Shown here piece after piece: positions 9,405 to 17,180 of a DNA stretch of 32,000 bases. Under the pieces are notes generated by a model. The model did not search any database. It was not told the DNA's origin and saw nothing but the letters and a program-made list of their open reading frames with translations. Location: the NCBI GenBank assembly GCA_934691225.1, contig CAKUSQ010000001.1:122801-154800 (forward strand). Direction: 5' to 3'. The position numbers and the translations under genes are program-made. The stretch comes from an uncultured Opitutales bacterium. Its GTDB lineage: Bacteria > Verrucomicrobiota > Verrucomicrobiia > Opitutales > UBA9783. Position 1 is the stretch's first letter. Each line of letters opens with the position of its first letter.

Positions 9405-10032
9405 AGCGAACGTCATAAAAATCTATCCTCCTGTTGATTGTATGGATGCTTGGGCACCTTCATCGTCCACATTCATTGAAAATAAAAATCAAAGATACTC
9501 TTTTAAATACGCTGTTGTTTGCGTAGCTGTTGGATTTGGTATTTACTGGGGTTACGCTAATTATTTACAACATCAAGCAACTCCTAACGAATCAAACAAT
9601 TCCAAATATCTTCTTAACAATCTAAATAAACCACAACAACCGCATCAATTGGTTCAGCTAGAAAACGATTATATTCGTGATAATTTGGATACAGCCGAAG
9701 AAAATTTTATAGAAAACCAAATAGGTCAAGAATTTTCTAAACGCGATAATATCTTGTTTCAAGATAATACCCCTACCCTTCAATCTGAACATTCACCTTT
9801 TCAAAACAACAAAATCCATAAAAGTAATATTCAACAATGGCTCATTCAGCAACATATTCAGGGAGTAGCCTATAAAGATTTCGAAAGTTGTTTAATTTTT
9901 AACGAAAAAATTTTTCACCTTAACGATACGGTTTCTGCAGAACACAGCCTTGTTTGGAGCGATATTGACCCAATCGATAAAACATTATTTTTCTCAGATA
10001 ACGACGGAAATCTTTACACACTCAATTACTAA
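9358..10032 (+). CDS. Bitopic membrane protein, hypothetical; paralog of the preceding gene's C-terminal domain
   Basis: One TM (YAVVCVAVGFGIYWGYANYL). C-terminal IQGVAYKDFESCLIFNEKIFHLNDTVS..LVWSDIDPIDKTLFFSDNDGNLY aligns with the upstream protein. The start is uncertain: ATG 9358 overlaps the upstream gene by 47 nt, and ATG 9442 would remove the overlap. Confidence 0.5.
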   Translation: MNTTKNTEKKSRKTTKANVIKIYPPVDCMDAWAPSSSTFIENKNQRYSFKYAVVCVAVGFGIYWGYANYLQHQATPNESNNSKYLLNNLNKPQQPHQLVQLENDYIRDNLDTAEENFIENQIGQEFSKRDNILFQDNTPTLQSEHSPFQNNKIHKSNIQQWLIQQHIQGVAYKDFESCLIFNEKIFHLNDTVSAEHSLVWSDIDPIDKTLFFSDNDGNLYTLNY

Positions 10033-10068
10033 CTTGACTACAACAGTACCTATGCTAGGCTTAGCATT

Positions 10069-10482
10069 ATGAATAAATTATGCCTATCTGTTGTGTGTTT
10101 ATTACCGCTCACAGGTTGCACAAAAACAGAATCTGGATTAGCAGGCTGTGGCGTTGGAGGCGCTCTAGGTACTGGAATTGGTTATGCTATTGATGGAGGT
10201 GCTGGAGGCGCTATTGCAGGAGGTTTAATGGGTACCATCGTAGGAGGAGCTATTGGCAGTGCGACACATCGTGACGATACAACACCTTCTACCTCCCAGA
10301 CAACGACTTCGCATCAAAAAATTTCAGAAGTACAATACACTTTTGAAAAAGAAAAACTTGAGCTTCAAAAACAAGAACTTGAGAGAAAACGTATCGAATT
10401 AGAAAAAAAACGCATTGAACTTGAAGTTCAAAAACTTGAAAAAGAACGTATTGAACTTGAAAAACAAAAAGAAAGTTTATAA
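10069..10482 (+). CDS. Small lipoprotein with glycine-zipper segment and charged heptad-repeat tail
   Basis: Signal peptide plus lipobox (LLPLTG|C). GxxxG-rich glycine zipper GVGGALGTGIGYAIDGGAGGAIAGGLMGTIVGGAIGSA. S/T linker. C-terminal KRIELEK-type repeats. Confidence 0.75.
   Translation: MNKLCLSVVCLLPLTGCTKTESGLAGCGVGGALGTGIGYAIDGGAGGAIAGGLMGTIVGGAIGSATHRDDTTPSTSQTTTSHQKISEVQYTFEKEKLELQKQELERKRIELEKKRIELEVQKLEKERIELEKQKESL
10345..10479 (+). repeat. Imperfect in-frame ~21-nt (heptad) repeats encoding (K/E)RIELE(K/V)
   Basis: cgtatcgaattagaaaaa / cgcattgaacttgaagtt / cgtattgaacttgaaaaa. The protein reads LERKRIELEKKRIELEVQKLEKERIELEKQKESL. Confidence 0.7.
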
Positions 10483-10523
10483 AAACAAAAAAGTTAAGAT
10501 ACTTTTAACTTACAACTTTGTTA

Positions 10524-10554
10524 TTGACTTATCTTTTAATTCATGCTTTATAAA
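10524..10554 (+). promoter_or_regulatory. Putative sigma-70 promoter for tRNA-Ser
   Basis: TTGACT (10524-10529), 18-19 nt spacer, then TTATAA/TATAAA (10548-10554), ending ~12 nt upstream of the tRNA 5' end. Confidence 0.4.
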
Positions 10555-10565
10555 ATAGTATCCTT

Positions 10566-10653
10566 GGAAGGATGGCAGAGTGGACGATTGCGACGGTCTT
10601 GAAAACCGTTAAACCGAAAGGTTTCGAGGGTTCGAATCCCCCTCCTTCCGCCA
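10566..10653 (+). tRNA. tRNA-Ser (anticodon UGA), CCA encoded
   Basis: 88 nt. Acceptor GGAAGGA/TCCTTCC. Anticodon arm ACGGT-CTTGAAA-ACCGT. Long variable arm AAACC-GAAA-GGTTT. T-loop GTTCGAATC. 3' GCCA. Confidence 0.92.
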
Positions 10654-10700
10654 AAAAATTATAAATACTTTCCTGAAAAAATATTAAGTTGTACTAATTT

Positions 10701-11720
10701 TTAAAAATCATCTGCTTTTTCCTTATTGGGTTGTGCACACAATTTAGGAAAAGCATTTCCATCAAAAACATGATCTGGATTTTTTAAAAAGAAACGATCA
10801 CAACATTTCCAAAATTCACCTAACGTCTTTGATAACCGCATTTGTGATAAAAAAATGCCATCAGCATCTACTCCCAAACCAATATAATTAGCAAAACGTT
10901 TCAAACATCCTAAAGCAGCTGTTTCAGGTTTCTTATCCAATGCAAAACTATAGAATAAATCCTGAAAATAACAATAAACATCCTTCCATGTAGGAAATTT
11001 TACAGGTTGATGTTTACATAAACAACGCCACTGTTCAAAAATCCATGGATTTCTCAATACACAACGTCCAAGCATCACACCTGCACACCGCGTCAATTTA
11101 AACACACGCAAGATATCCTCTAAACTATCGATGCTCCCATTAGCAAAAACAGGGAAAGGACAACGTTCAACCGCCTTTTTTACAAATTCATAACGCGGTG
11201 GAGCCTTATAAAGATCCATAACCGTTCTAGCATGCAAAGTTACAACATCCACACCTGCTTCAATTAAAATATCCAAAATTTCATCAAAATGATCTGTAGC
11301 ATCAAAACCTATCCTAAATTTAACACTGAGCGGTTTCTGACAAACATCTCGAAGTCCAAACACCAAATCTCTTAACAGTGCTAGATCTTTTAATAAACCA
11401 CCCCCCGCTTGCTTTTTAAAAATTTTAGGGACTGGACAACCTACATTGAAATCAATTCCTGCGATCGGATACCGTTCCAAAACGTTCACACTTTTTGCCA
11501 AAGCAGATATATCATTTCCCATAAGTTGAACCCACAAAGGGGTTGCCCCAGCTGCTTGCAAGCTTGTTTCAATCCAACTAGGATCGATAACATAGTTCTC
11601 ATGGACACGAACAAATTCACTAAAAAAGGCATCTGGAGGCCCATACGTATTTAAAATTTGCCAAAAAGGCGGCTGAGTTAAAGCGCGCATCGGCGCTAAA
11701 ACTATTTTCATAGGAAGCAT
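10701..11720 (-). CDS. tRNA-dihydrouridine synthase (Dus family)
   Basis: LAPMRALT, IDFNVGCPVPKIFKKQAGGGLLKD and VTLHARTV motifs of the TIM-barrel Dus family. Starts 2 nt after the upstream gene's stop. Confidence 0.8.
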   Translation of the reverse strand: MLPMKIVLAPMRALTQPPFWQILNTYGPPDAFFSEFVRVHENYVIDPSWIETSLQAAGATPLWVQLMGNDISALAKSVNVLERYPIAGIDFNVGCPVPKIFKKQAGGGLLKDLALLRDLVFGLRDVCQKPLSVKFRIGFDATDHFDEILDILIEAGVDVVTLHARTVMDLYKAPPRYEFVKKAVERCPFPVFANGSIDSLEDILRVFKLTRCAGVMLGRCVLRNPWIFEQWRCLCKHQPVKFPTWKDVYCYFQDLFYSFALDKKPETAALGCLKRFANYIGLGVDADGIFLSQMRLSKTLGEFWKCCDRFFLKNPDHVFDGNAFPKLCAQPNKEKADDF

Positions 11721-11722
11721 TA

Positions 11723-12166
11723 TTAACTATCCAATTTACTTAAATTATTCAGCAAATCTTCCGCATTAGGCAAACGATTGAGCAAACAAGGATCAACAAA
11801 AATCTGCTTTTTCATCGTCAAAGCCAACATAATAGCATCACTCGGACGAACATCCACTTCTAAAAGATTGTATTTTCCATCCTGCTCCTGCATACAAATC
11901 ACTCGAGCAAAAAATACACCCTCTGACTCATTATAAATGGTTATAGACCGAACTTGTATAGAAAAACTTAAAAGAATATAACGAATAAAATCGAATGTCA
12001 AAGGCCGCGCCTGTTTTTCATCTTCGAGAGCCGTTTGAATTTGCTCACCCATCAACGTATCAACGTAAATGACAAATGTTTTTAGAGAATTTCCTAAAAA
12101 GATGCCCGCCCCTGCAGAGGTCATCACAACACGTTTCAAATCTACTGTTTCCAGTGAACATTTCAT
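11723..12166 (-). CDS. Bifunctional nuclease domain (DUF151/BFN) protein
   Basis: RPLTFDFI ... VFFARVIC ... VDVRPSDAIMLAL ... IFV pattern of the BFN family. The ORF-track start at 12181 is a TTG. The ATG at 12166 overlaps the rodZ TGA (ATGA) and is preferred. Confidence 0.72.
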   Translation of the reverse strand: MKCSLETVDLKRVVMTSAGAGIFLGNSLKTFVIYVDTLMGEQIQTALEDEKQARPLTFDFIRYILLSFSIQVRSITIYNESEGVFFARVICMQEQDGKYNLLEVDVRPSDAIMLALTMKKQIFVDPCLLNRLPNAEDLLNNLSKLDS

Positions 12167-12918
12167 TGTAATCTTATCCAACCACGACCTGATTTTTGAG
12201 GACGAATAGAAGTTCCATTCGAACGCTCAATTAACAAATTATTTCCCTCAGAAAAAGATATCTGCAAAACATCTTCCTTCGCCATAGAACGACGTTCACC
12301 TTTATTCAAAGTCCCTACAAACAAACGACGTTTATTGCTTTCTTGGCGAACAAAAACCTGAACCGTATCCAAAGCAACCAAAGTTATTTCCTCATAAACA
12401 TTATCGGCAGAATCCTCAAACATTTTTTCTGACGACATCACAGAAACGTTTTCAGAAGCTATTTTTTCCTTCTTCGGCCAAAAAATTGAAACTAGCCCGA
12501 ATATTAATAATAAACCACACAATCCAAGCAGCAATTTAAAATACACAAACTGCCATACAGGTTTTACAAATTTTGCTGAACTTTCACCGCCATCCATTTC
12601 GGTAATCTCTGGTTCAACCGCATCATGTTTTAATTCTGAGGATTCAATCTGTAAACGACCTAATGTAAAAGGCTTTGGGTTATCTCCTACCAATTCAGAA
12701 TACTCTGCTAAAAGAGAAGACTCATTCAACTTTAAAAATTTGACGTATGTTCTGAAAAAGCCACGCGCATAAACCATTGGCAAATTTGTAGCAAATTCAT
12801 TAGATTCAAATTTTAAAAGTAAAGCTTTACGAATCTTCAATTTTTCTGCCACTTCATCCAGCGACAAACCTAAACGCTGACGAGCTTGTTGTAAACGTTC
12901 TCCAATTGTTTGTTGCAT
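12163..12918 (-). CDS. rodZ: Cytoskeleton protein RodZ-like (HTH + TM + DUF4115)
   Basis: N-terminal XRE-type HTH (IGERLQQARQRLGLSLDEVAEKLKIRKALLLKFESNEF, then ARGFFRTY). Single TM (LLLGLCGLLLIFGLVSIFW). C-terminal beta domain (VQVFVRQESNKRRLFVGTLNKGERRS...). Confidence 0.72.
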   Translation of the reverse strand: MQQTIGERLQQARQRLGLSLDEVAEKLKIRKALLLKFESNEFATNLPMVYARGFFRTYVKFLKLNESSLLAEYSELVGDNPKPFTLGRLQIESSELKHDAVEPEITEMDGGESSAKFVKPVWQFVYFKLLLGLCGLLLIFGLVSIFWPKKEKIASENVSVMSSEKMFEDSADNVYEEITLVALDTVQVFVRQESNKRRLFVGTLNKGERRSMAKEDVLQISFSEGNNLLIERSNGTSIRPQKSGRGWIRLQ

Positions 12919-13022
12919 GTAGAAAAAGATAATTTCTTATAAAAAAACTGCAAGCTATTTATGTATACTTTTAAAAAAACTTTCATGATATCCCACTTTC
13001 TGATGTTTTTACAAAAAAATGC

Positions 13023-13051
13023 TTGACCCTTACAACAATGGGTTCAATACT
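13023..13051 (+). promoter_or_regulatory. Putative sigma-70 promoter for rpsU
   Basis: TTGACC (13023-13028), 17 nt spacer, AATACT (13046-13051). A strong SD AGGAG sits 10 nt upstream of the rpsU ATG. Confidence 0.4.
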
Positions 13052-13085
13052 TAATATATTATTAATTACTAGGAGAAAATAAGAG

Positions 13086-13286
13086 ATGTCCGTTGAAGTT
13101 AAATTGCGCAAAACAGAACCTTTAGAAAAAGCTTTACGTCGGTTAAAGAAAAAATTGGATCGTGAAGGTATTTTACGCGATGTTAAAGCCAAACGTTATT
13201 TTGAAAAACCTTGCGAAACAAGACGTCAAAAAGAAAAAGTCGCAGCATTTAACAATATGTTGCGCCAAAAGCACGAATGTGCTTAA
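13086..13286 (+). CDS. rpsU: 30S ribosomal protein S21
   Basis: 66 aa with the basic S21 pattern (EKALRRLKKKLDREGILRDVKAKRYFEKPCETRRQK). Good SD. Confidence 0.9.
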   Translation: MSVEVKLRKTEPLEKALRRLKKKLDREGILRDVKAKRYFEKPCETRRQKEKVAAFNNMLRQKHECA

Positions 13287-13301
13287 TAAATTCGCCCTAT
13301 A

Positions 13302-14126
13302 ATGGCGCTTTCTTTTGATCAAACAAAATCTATTTTGTCAGATTTGTGTGTTTGTCCCAACAAAAAATTGGGGCAAAATTTTTTGGTTGATCCTCGTGTT
13401 GTTGAACATTCTATTTTATGGGCAAATGTTACATCTAAAGATTTTATTGTAGAAGTTGGCCCTGGTTGCGGAACACTAACACGAGCGCTCATAAACACAG
13501 GAGCAAAAATTTTTGCGGTAGAAAAAGATTTTTCACTATATCAGTACATCTCAAAAAATTTCCCTATAAATATTCTGCATGACGACGCACTTGCGTCACC
13601 GGTAGGAAATTTCCACTTACAAACCTCTTACAAAATCGTTGCCAATCTACCTTACGCCATTGCTAGCATTTGGTTAGATAAAATCCTAGAATTATCACAA
13701 ATACCTGCTTGCATGGTATTGCTTGTACAAAAAGAAGCCGCAGATCGTTGGTTAGCTCCTGCTGGCAATAAAAATTTTTGCGCGCTTGGCATCAATTTGC
13801 AAGCAGCTTACACATTAGCTAATAAAATACCTGTTTCAAAACGCTGCTTTCATCCTCAACCTAATGTCGATTCAACGTTAATTCATCTACAAAAACGACC
13901 CGATTTTTTCCTATTTCCAAAACCATTCAAACAATTCATGCGCGAAATTTTTATTCATCGAAGGCAGCAAATAGGTCGCTGTTGCAGAGAAAATAAAGCT
14001 ATTTTTGCAGAAAAATTTCAAAACTACTTGCATGAAAATCGCATTGATGAAAAAACACGTGCCGAAGCCATCCCACTCAATCACTGGATAAATGCTTCAA
14101 AACAAATTTTCTCAAATTTACCCTAA
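13302..14126 (+). CDS. rsmA: 16S rRNA (adenine1518/1519-N6)-dimethyltransferase
   Basis: KKLGQNFLVD, SAM motif EVGPGCGTLT, and VANLPYAI. Confidence 0.9.
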   Translation: MALSFDQTKSILSDLCVCPNKKLGQNFLVDPRVVEHSILWANVTSKDFIVEVGPGCGTLTRALINTGAKIFAVEKDFSLYQYISKNFPINILHDDALASPVGNFHLQTSYKIVANLPYAIASIWLDKILELSQIPACMVLLVQKEAADRWLAPAGNKNFCALGINLQAAYTLANKIPVSKRCFHPQPNVDSTLIHLQKRPDFFLFPKPFKQFMREIFIHRRQQIGRCCRENKAIFAEKFQNYLHENRIDEKTRAEAIPLNHWINASKQIFSNLP

Positions 14127-14134
14127 AGCACCTC

Positions 14135-15328
14135 TTATCTTCTAACAAACCACGAAGAAATCCGTTGCCAAAAAGAACTTGCTTCTGGCTTTTCTGTTTG
14201 TTGTAAAGCATAATGTAGCAAACCAAAACATGTTGCATAAGCAGGATCCTTCAAGGTTTCATCTACACTAGCCAATGGACCTCGAACGTAACAATCGCAC
14301 TTAAAAGATTGTGCTGCTATTTTTTCGATATTTTTTAACAAAGCACCACCTCCTGTCAAAACAACTCCCGAAAGTAACCATTCTTGACGAACATCTTCTT
14401 TAAAAAATTTATGAATATAATCAAAAATTTCCTGTGCACGCACCTGTAAAATTGTTCTAACATTTTTGAGTTTTACCTGTTTATCTCCAATGCTTCGGTC
14501 CCCATGCAACCAAATATCTTCATCATTGATATTTTGATCCAAATATGGAATTCCGTAGTTTATTTTTAAACGTTCGGCGTCTTCTGCATGCACACGCAAC
14601 CCTGAACCTAAATCGTAAGTAAAGTTCTGCCCTCCAACAGGCAATGTCCCCATCAATACAGGAATTCTATGCTTATAGACCACAAATTCAGTCATTTGTG
14701 CTCCCAAATTAATAACACAGATTCCATTCTCTCTTTCAATCGGTGTTGTTGTTGATAAAGCTGAAGCGATACCTGAAAATACGAGATTTTTTACACGAAA
14801 ACCAAATTGATTAACCACATATAATTGATCTTTTATCGCTTGTGTTTTCCCCAAAAGCGCATTGTAACAAACGGTCAATCGCCCTGCTGAATGACCTAAA
14901 GGGTTATCCACACATACATCATTAATCACATAAAATTGCCGAACATGATGCAAAAAAACTTCTTTTTCTGGTAATTCTTTATGCAGAGCCAACTGGTTGA
15001 CTTGATCTACATCCTGAGTATCAATTACATGCTGAAACCCTTTTAAGTCTAAACCGGTTTCATATTGCATAAACCGTAAATGCGTTCCACTTTGCGATAA
15101 ACACAACTGTTCAGGCAATAAAGCATAACGTTTCGTCAGATCTTCAAAAAAATGCCCTAACAACTTTATCAACTGAGAACGATCTATCACCTGTGCTTTG
15201 GTTATCCCCTCTGAAGGGATACGTGCATGACCAATTAAATTCAACTGCTGTTGTGTAACTTCACCCAACAGGTAAGTCACATACTGAGAACCCAAATCTA
15301 AAGCACCTAAGTAAACCTTCTTTTTCAC
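14135..15328 (-). CDS. ftsA: Cell division protein FtsA (actin-like ATPase) with C-terminal amphipathic membrane-targeting helix
   Basis: GTG start. ALDLGS phosphate-1 motif. An inserted 1C-like segment (..FYVINDVCVDNPLGHSAGRLTV..). GVVLTGGGALLKNIEKIA. C-terminal SSFWQRISSWFVRR helix, analogous to the E. coli FtsA tail. Confidence 0.8.
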   Translation of the reverse strand: MKKKVYLGALDLGSQYVTYLLGEVTQQQLNLIGHARIPSEGITKAQVIDRSQLIKLLGHFFEDLTKRYALLPEQLCLSQSGTHLRFMQYETGLDLKGFQHVIDTQDVDQVNQLALHKELPEKEVFLHHVRQFYVINDVCVDNPLGHSAGRLTVCYNALLGKTQAIKDQLYVVNQFGFRVKNLVFSGIASALSTTTPIERENGICVINLGAQMTEFVVYKHRIPVLMGTLPVGGQNFTYDLGSGLRVHAEDAERLKINYGIPYLDQNINDEDIWLHGDRSIGDKQVKLKNVRTILQVRAQEIFDYIHKFFKEDVRQEWLLSGVVLTGGGALLKNIEKIAAQSFKCDCYVRGPLASVDETLKDPAYATCFGLLHYALQQTEKPEASSFWQRISSWFVRR

Positions 15329-15361
15329 GCTAAGTTCTCAATTTTAACTAAATTTACTTAT

Positions 15362-17053
15362 CTAGCGAGCAGATTTTTCATTATTTTTATCATTCACCGG
15401 TACTAAATGATCTTTTTTATTCACATTCGTTTGCGGCCCCGGTATCAAAAATTTCGAACATAAACTCAAAGCTTTAAAATCAATGCACAACGGTATTTTT
15501 GTGATAAATCGACATTGGTTCTTGGTTTCATCCACACAATACATAGAATCTAAGTAACCAGGCTGATTGATTTTCAACCCACACATATCAAAAACATCTC
15601 TTAAACGAACGGTTGTTTTAGAAATGTAATCAGGAAACGTCAAATATGTAAATGTTTTCAAATCTTGTATACGATCGATCAAACGCTTCATATCCACTAA
15701 ATTATCCGCATACAAAAGATAATTTTTGCAAACGCTCAATAAAATAGGATACCGTATTTTTGATTCACCATCACCCCATCCTAAAGAAATCCATTGAATT
15801 GAACAATTATTATGCAAAACAGCATCTTTATCCCAATGACAAATTACATTTGAAAAATACTCACTTCCAAACAATTTCTTTGAAACAGCTAAATTTATTT
15901 GCTGCTTACACATTTGTACAAATTTTTCCAAAAAACAAATAAAATTTTTTGACAAGTTCTTCTCTGATGTTTCCGTCAAAGATTTTCCTTCAAACAAACC
16001 AAAACCTTTGGTTCCAAAAAAAATACTATCGGAATGCAAATCTGCGTATGTTTGAAAATTTCCCGATAAATTTTGATCGGCAAAATTTAATAATTCTACA
16101 ACCAAAGGTGATATAATTTGTAACCATTCGTACACTGCACAGGTACATACATCCTGCTTCCAAGCAGATTTATCCAGATTTTTCAGCAACATCTCCCATA
16201 AAGATTTCAAAGCATCATAATCTTGAAAGCCTATATTTTTAATCATCTCTTCCGAATTCCAATTCAAACAGCGACGCAAACTTGACTTAGAGGCTATTGA
16301 TTTCAAACAGCTCATCATTGGCGATGAAGCTTTTAGAATTGAATCTATCTGACAAACAACTTCATTATCATCAAAATTTAAGACATAAATCCATTTTTCA
16401 AAATTATTTTTAAACCAAGCTTCATAAACTAAACTTACAATCTTAGGTACAACGGGCTTAAACATTTCCAAAGCATCTACCGAAAACTCAAAACGCACAA
16501 AATCAGAAATATTTGTCAAATCTTCATAAATGAAGGAGGCCATTTTTTTCAAATTTTTACAAATCAGATCTAAACAACGATTATCACCATATATCCACCA
16601 TGTAGGACGTTTTCCATCGAAAGGCAACGGATGTACCAATTTGTACGTTTTACTACCCAAACCTAAATTTAAATTTTTAACGAGCGGGCATTCATCCACC
16701 GCTTTAAAGAAAAATACAGGACAAAAATCATTTTGTTGTTTTAAAATCAATAAATGACAAGGGCTTTTATCATCAACACCTTCACATTGCGTTCCTCCTA
16801 AAAAACCTGTAGCTGCTAATGAAATCATCGAAGAAACTTCTGGATAAACTTTTTCCAATAATTTCAACGATTTATTAATAAAATTCGGTAAGTTTGACGA
16901 ACTTACTTTTAACAAAACACCGTTTGTTTCCTGCGCTATCGGTGAATTTTCAACCTTAGATGCGTTTGTCGAATTCACTTGATTCGACCAACTCCACGAG
17001 GATAAGCCACTTATTAATAAAAAAACTTTCGCACCTTGCTTTAACCAATACAT
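15362..17053 (-). CDS. Hypothetical exported protein, Cys-rich (21 Cys in 563 aa)
   Basis: ATG start and an N-terminal Sec-type signal (MYWLKQGAKVFLLISGLSSWSWS). I recognise no family motif. Ends 33 nt upstream of ftsA on the same strand. Confidence 0.6.
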   Translation of the reverse strand: MYWLKQGAKVFLLISGLSSWSWSNQVNSTNASKVENSPIAQETNGVLLKVSSSNLPNFINKSLKLLEKVYPEVSSMISLAATGFLGGTQCEGVDDKSPCHLLILKQQNDFCPVFFFKAVDECPLVKNLNLGLGSKTYKLVHPLPFDGKRPTWWIYGDNRCLDLICKNLKKMASFIYEDLTNISDFVRFEFSVDALEMFKPVVPKIVSLVYEAWFKNNFEKWIYVLNFDDNEVVCQIDSILKASSPMMSCLKSIASKSSLRRCLNWNSEEMIKNIGFQDYDALKSLWEMLLKNLDKSAWKQDVCTCAVYEWLQIISPLVVELLNFADQNLSGNFQTYADLHSDSIFFGTKGFGLFEGKSLTETSEKNLSKNFICFLEKFVQMCKQQINLAVSKKLFGSEYFSNVICHWDKDAVLHNNCSIQWISLGWGDGESKIRYPILLSVCKNYLLYADNLVDMKRLIDRIQDLKTFTYLTFPDYISKTTVRLRDVFDMCGLKINQPGYLDSMYCVDETKNQCRFITKIPLCIDFKALSLCSKFLIPGPQTNVNKKDHLVPVNDKNNEKSAR

Positions 17054-17180
17054 GCATCTATGCTAACACCTTTTTCGATCTATGTAAAGCATTTGCATGC
17101 CTCAAACTGACTAAAACGTTCGAATGCATTAGCACACACCTTTTGATAAAAAACTCTATTGAAAAAACGCTCTCCAAAAA

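Noticed and set aside
12778-12793. Near-consensus sigma-54 promoter TGGCAA-ATTTG-TAGCA (GG-N10-GC) on the plus strand, pointing toward rpsU
   Set aside because: It lies inside the rodZ coding sequence ~295 nt upstream of rpsU, which has its own sigma-70-like promoter. By a rough estimate, about one match of this quality is expected by chance in 64 kb of two-strand sequence.
17089-17101. Sigma-54-like GGCATGCAAATGC on the minus strand upstream of the 563-aa gene
   Set aside because: GG and GC are separated by 9 nt, not the strictly required 10, so it is more likely part of the ATGCAT palindrome cluster.
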